From NCBI RefSeq assembly GCF_003334255.1, contig NZ_QOWU01000153.1: 1,616 nt of DNA; one strand, 5' to 3'. A program made the position numbers and the translations under genes. Position 1 is the first letter of the stretch; the number at the start of each line of letters is the position of its first letter. Below the pieces are notes generated by a model. That model had not been told where the DNA came from and searched no databases. It worked only from the letters and a program-made list of their open reading frames with translations. This document shows positions 1-1,616 of this stretch, piece by piece. Source of the DNA: Escherichia coli (GTDB taxonomy: Bacteria > Pseudomonadota > Gammaproteobacteria > Enterobacterales > Enterobacteriaceae).

Positions 1-351
1 AACCAGATGGACCCGGTGTACACGCCGGCGCGAAAAATCCACCTGTACCACTGCGACCATCGCGGCCTGCCGCTGGCGCTTGTCAGCACGGAAGGGGCAA
101 CAGAATGGTGCGCAGAATACGATGAATGGGGCAACCTGCTGAATGAAGAGAACCCGCATCAGCTGCAGCAGCTTATCCGCCAGCCGGGGCAGCAGTATGA
201 TGAGGAGTCCGGCCTGTATTACAACCGCCACCGCTATTATGACCCGCTGCAGGGGAGGTATATCACTCAGGATCCGATTGGGCTGAAGGGGGGATGGAAT
301 TTTTATCAGTATCCGCTGAATCCGGTTCAGTATATAGATTCAATGGGACTG
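1..351 (+). other. Conserved Rhs core C-terminal segment, ending in the PxxxxDPxGL-type demarcation/autoproteolysis motif ([10 protein letters not shown], nt 322-351)
   Basis: YD-repeat-like RYYDP (aa 76-80), DPIGL (aa 89-93) and PxxxxDxxGL (aa 106-115) are read directly from the translation. The segment is GC-rich (about 58% by hand count over nt 1-60), unlike everything downstream. Confidence 0.85.
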
Positions 352-810
352 GCATCAAAATATGGACACTTAAATAATGGCGGATATGGAGCGAGACCCA
401 ACAAACCGCCTACGCCCGATCCAAGTAAATTGCCGGACATAGCGAAACAATTAAGACTGCCATATCCTATTGACCAGGCCAGTAGTGCGCCTAATGTTTT
501 CAAAACATTCTTCAGAGCATTAAGCCCTTACGACTACACACTGTATTGCAGGAAGTGGGTAAAACCAAATCTGACTTGTACGCCACAGGATGATTCCCAG
601 TATCCAGGGATGGATACAAAGACAGCAAGTGATTACCTGCCACAGACAAATTGGCCAACAACTCAATTACCACCAGGATATACTTGTGCAGAACCCTATT
701 TATTCCCAGACATTAATAAACCCGATGGGCCAGCAACAGCAGGGATAGATGATTTGGGTGAAATTTTAGCTAAGATGAAACAGAGAACATCGAGAGGAAT
801 AAGAAAATGA
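1..810 (+). CDS. Rhs-family polymorphic toxin, 3' portion of the gene (5'-partial): conserved core terminus plus variable C-terminal toxin domain
   Basis: Frame 1 is open from nt 1 (aac cag precede the ATG at 7), so the listed ATG is an internal Met and the gene continues upstream. The translation ([12 protein letters not shown]...[47 protein letters not shown]) is the hallmark C-terminal end of the enterobacterial Rhs/YD-repeat core. Stop TGA at 808-810. Confidence 0.9.
   Translation, partial: NQMDPVYTPARKIHLYHCDHRGLPLALVSTEGATEWCAEYDEWGNLLNEENPHQLQQLIRQPGQQYDEESGLYYNRHRYYDPLQGRYITQDPIGLKGGWNFYQYPLNPVQYIDSMGLASKYGHLNNGGYGARPNKPPTPDPSKLPDIAKQLRLPYPIDQASSAPNVFKTFFRALSPYDYTLYCRKWVKPNLTCTPQDDSQYPGMDTKTASDYLPQTNWPTTQLPPGYTCAEPYLFPDINKPDGPATAGIDDLGEILAKMKQRTSRGIRK
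352..810 (+). other. Variable Rhs C-terminal (CT) toxin domain, about 152 aa, activity not recognisable; Pro-rich linker followed by a roughly 110-aa C-terminal module
   Basis: It begins immediately after the DSMGL motif, where Rhs proteins carry their polymorphic toxin tips. Composition drops to about 45% GC (hand count over nt 421-480). A Pro-rich stretch ([30 protein letters not shown], aa 128-157) precedes a Cys-containing module (C181, C191, C227). I see no HNH, deaminase, ADP-ribosyltransferase or other familiar catalytic motif. Confidence 0.75.
792..799 (+). promoter_or_regulatory. Shine-Dalgarno / ribosome-binding site for the immunity ORF, embedded in the 3' end of the toxin ORF
   Basis: GAGAGGAA at 792-799, with the AGGA core ending 8 nt before the ATG at 807. 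Consistent with translational coupling. Confidence 0.5.
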
Positions 811-863
811 AAAGAGTTTTGTTCTTTTTGCTGATGATATTTGTTAGTTTTGGTGTTATAGCT
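807..863 (+). other. Predicted Sec signal peptide of the immunity protein (possible signal peptidase I cleavage after VIA, aa 19); a non-cleaved signal anchor is the alternative
   Basis: MKR positive n-region, a 14-residue hydrophobic h-region ([14 protein letters not shown]) and small residues at -3/-1 (V-I-A) before DC. It is not a lipobox, because the residue before Cys21 is Asp. Confidence 0.5.
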
Positions 864-1376
864 GATTGCGAAATACAAGCTAAAGATCATGATTGTTTTA
901 CTATTTTCGCTAAGGGTACTATTTTTTCCGCGTTTCCTGTCTTAAATAATAAAGCCATGTGGAGATGGTATCAGAATGAGGACATCGGTGAGTATTATTG
1001 GCAAACAGAACTGGGTACATGTAAAAATAATAAATTCACACCAAGCGGGGCGAGACTCTTAATTCGCGTCGGGTCACTACGCCTTAATGAAAATCATGCC
1101 ATCAAAGGAACGTTGCAGGAGTTGATAAATACAGCAGAAAAAACGGCGTTTCTCGGCGATCGGTTTAGAAGTTATATAAGAGCGGGTATCTATCAAAAAA
1201 AGAGCAGTGATCCAGTTCAGTTGTTGGCAGTCCTTGATAATTCAATCATGGTAAAATATTTTAAAGATGAGAAACCAACTTATGCTCGAATGACAGCACA
1301 TCTCCCGAACAAAAATGAGTCTTACGAATGTTTAATAAAGATACAGCATGAACTAATTCGTAGTGAAGAGAAATAA
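807..1376 (+). CDS. Putative cognate Rhs immunity protein (RhsI-like), 189 aa, with N-terminal signal peptide or membrane anchor
   Basis: The ORF lies immediately downstream of the Rhs CT with a 4-bp ATGA overlap (start 807-809, toxin stop 808-810), the canonical toxin-immunity arrangement. A Shine-Dalgarno-like GAGAGGAA sits 8-15 nt upstream. The N-terminus [19 protein letters not shown] has a basic n-region, a hydrophobic core and a VIA motif. The region is very AT-rich (about 30% GC by hand count over nt 841-900). Confidence 0.75.
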   Translation: MKRVLFFLLMIFVSFGVIADCEIQAKDHDCFTIFAKGTIFSAFPVLNNKAMWRWYQNEDIGEYYWQTELGTCKNNKFTPSGARLLIRVGSLRLNENHAIKGTLQELINTAEKTAFLGDRFRSYIRAGIYQKKSSDPVQLLAVLDNSIMVKYFKDEKPTYARMTAHLPNKNESYECLIKIQHELIRSEEK

Positions 1377-1590
1377 AATCTCTTCCTGAGAAAACAAATT
1401 AATCATTGTGAAAAATTATATAACTCATGGAATAGGTGTTTATTTTGCGTTCCATTTGCAGGGAAAGATCACGTAACGCTACTTTTTTGTACTAAATAAT
1501 TCGAATTTTAAGTTCAACAATTGAGATACTACTTATTGTCTAAAGCTGTTTTTCATAGCTTATACATGATCAAATACTCCTTACATAAAT

Positions 1591-1597
1591 AAGGTGA
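1591..1597 (+). promoter_or_regulatory. Possible ribosome-binding site for a downstream ORF
   Basis: AAGGTGA lies 5 nt upstream of the ATG at 1602. Confidence 0.35.
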
Positions 1598-1601
1598 ACA
1601 A

Positions 1602-1616
1602 ATGGAACTTAAAAAA
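1602..1616 (+). CDS. Possible start of a downstream gene (3'-partial, only 5 codons visible: MELKK)
   Basis: ATG at 1602 preceded by an AAGGTGA RBS-like motif, after about 225 bp of AT-rich non-coding sequence. Too short to assess coding potential or identity. Confidence 0.3.

Noticed and set aside
7-9. ATG at nt 7 as the true start codon of the first ORF
   Set aside because: The frame is open upstream to the window edge and the encoded sequence is the conserved end of a large Rhs core, so the gene must start far upstream of the window; this Met is internal.
858-869. Lipoprotein lipobox at the end of the immunity-protein leader (VIADC)
   Set aside because: A lipobox needs Gly, Ala or Ser immediately before the Cys; here it is Asp, so signal peptidase I cleavage or a signal anchor is more likely than lipidation.
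696-890. Minus-strand 64-aa ORF spanning the toxin/immunity junction
   Set aside because: It lies entirely within two well-supported, translationally coupled + strand genes, has no convincing RBS, and its low-complexity translation is what AT-rich antisense sequence produces by chance.
1406-1425. Promoter-like TTGTGA followed by TATATA in the spacer after the immunity gene
   Set aside because: The spacing between the two hexamers is only about 5 nt, far from the 16-18 nt a sigma70 promoter requires; AT-rich DNA throws up such hexamers by chance.
1447-1490. Possible intrinsic terminator: inverted repeat gcgtt...aacgc followed by a T-run (cttttttgt)
   Set aside because: The stem is only 5 bp with a loop of about 23 nt, and the inner ttcc/ggaa pairing is weak; this falls short of a credible Rho-independent terminator, though the T-run is real.
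1-1616. CRISPR repeats, tRNA/rRNA genes, IS terminal inverted repeats
   Set aside because: No direct repeats with regular spacing, no tRNA-like cloverleaf segments and no recognisable terminal inverted repeats were seen on reading both strands.

Overview
This window holds the 3' end of an Rhs-family polymorphic toxin gene and its downstream partner, on the + strand. The GC-rich conserved Rhs core terminus (nt 1-351) runs through DPIGL and ends at [10 protein letters not shown], the PxxxxDPxGL-type demarcation motif. It switches abruptly into an AT-richer variable C-terminal (CT) domain (nt 352-810, about 152 aa) that I cannot assign to any known toxin family. A 189-aa ORF (807-1376) overlaps the toxin stop by 4 bp (ATGA), has its own Shine-Dalgarno and begins with a signal-peptide-like hydrophobic segment; this is the expected position of the cognate immunity gene. 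An AT-rich non-coding stretch (1377-1601) follows, then a possible new gene start at 1602. The pair reads as a horizontally displaced Rhs CT/immunity module, with an unclassified toxin and an apparently secreted immunity protein suggesting an envelope target. All calls rest on reading the sequence and recalled family knowledge; no searches were run.
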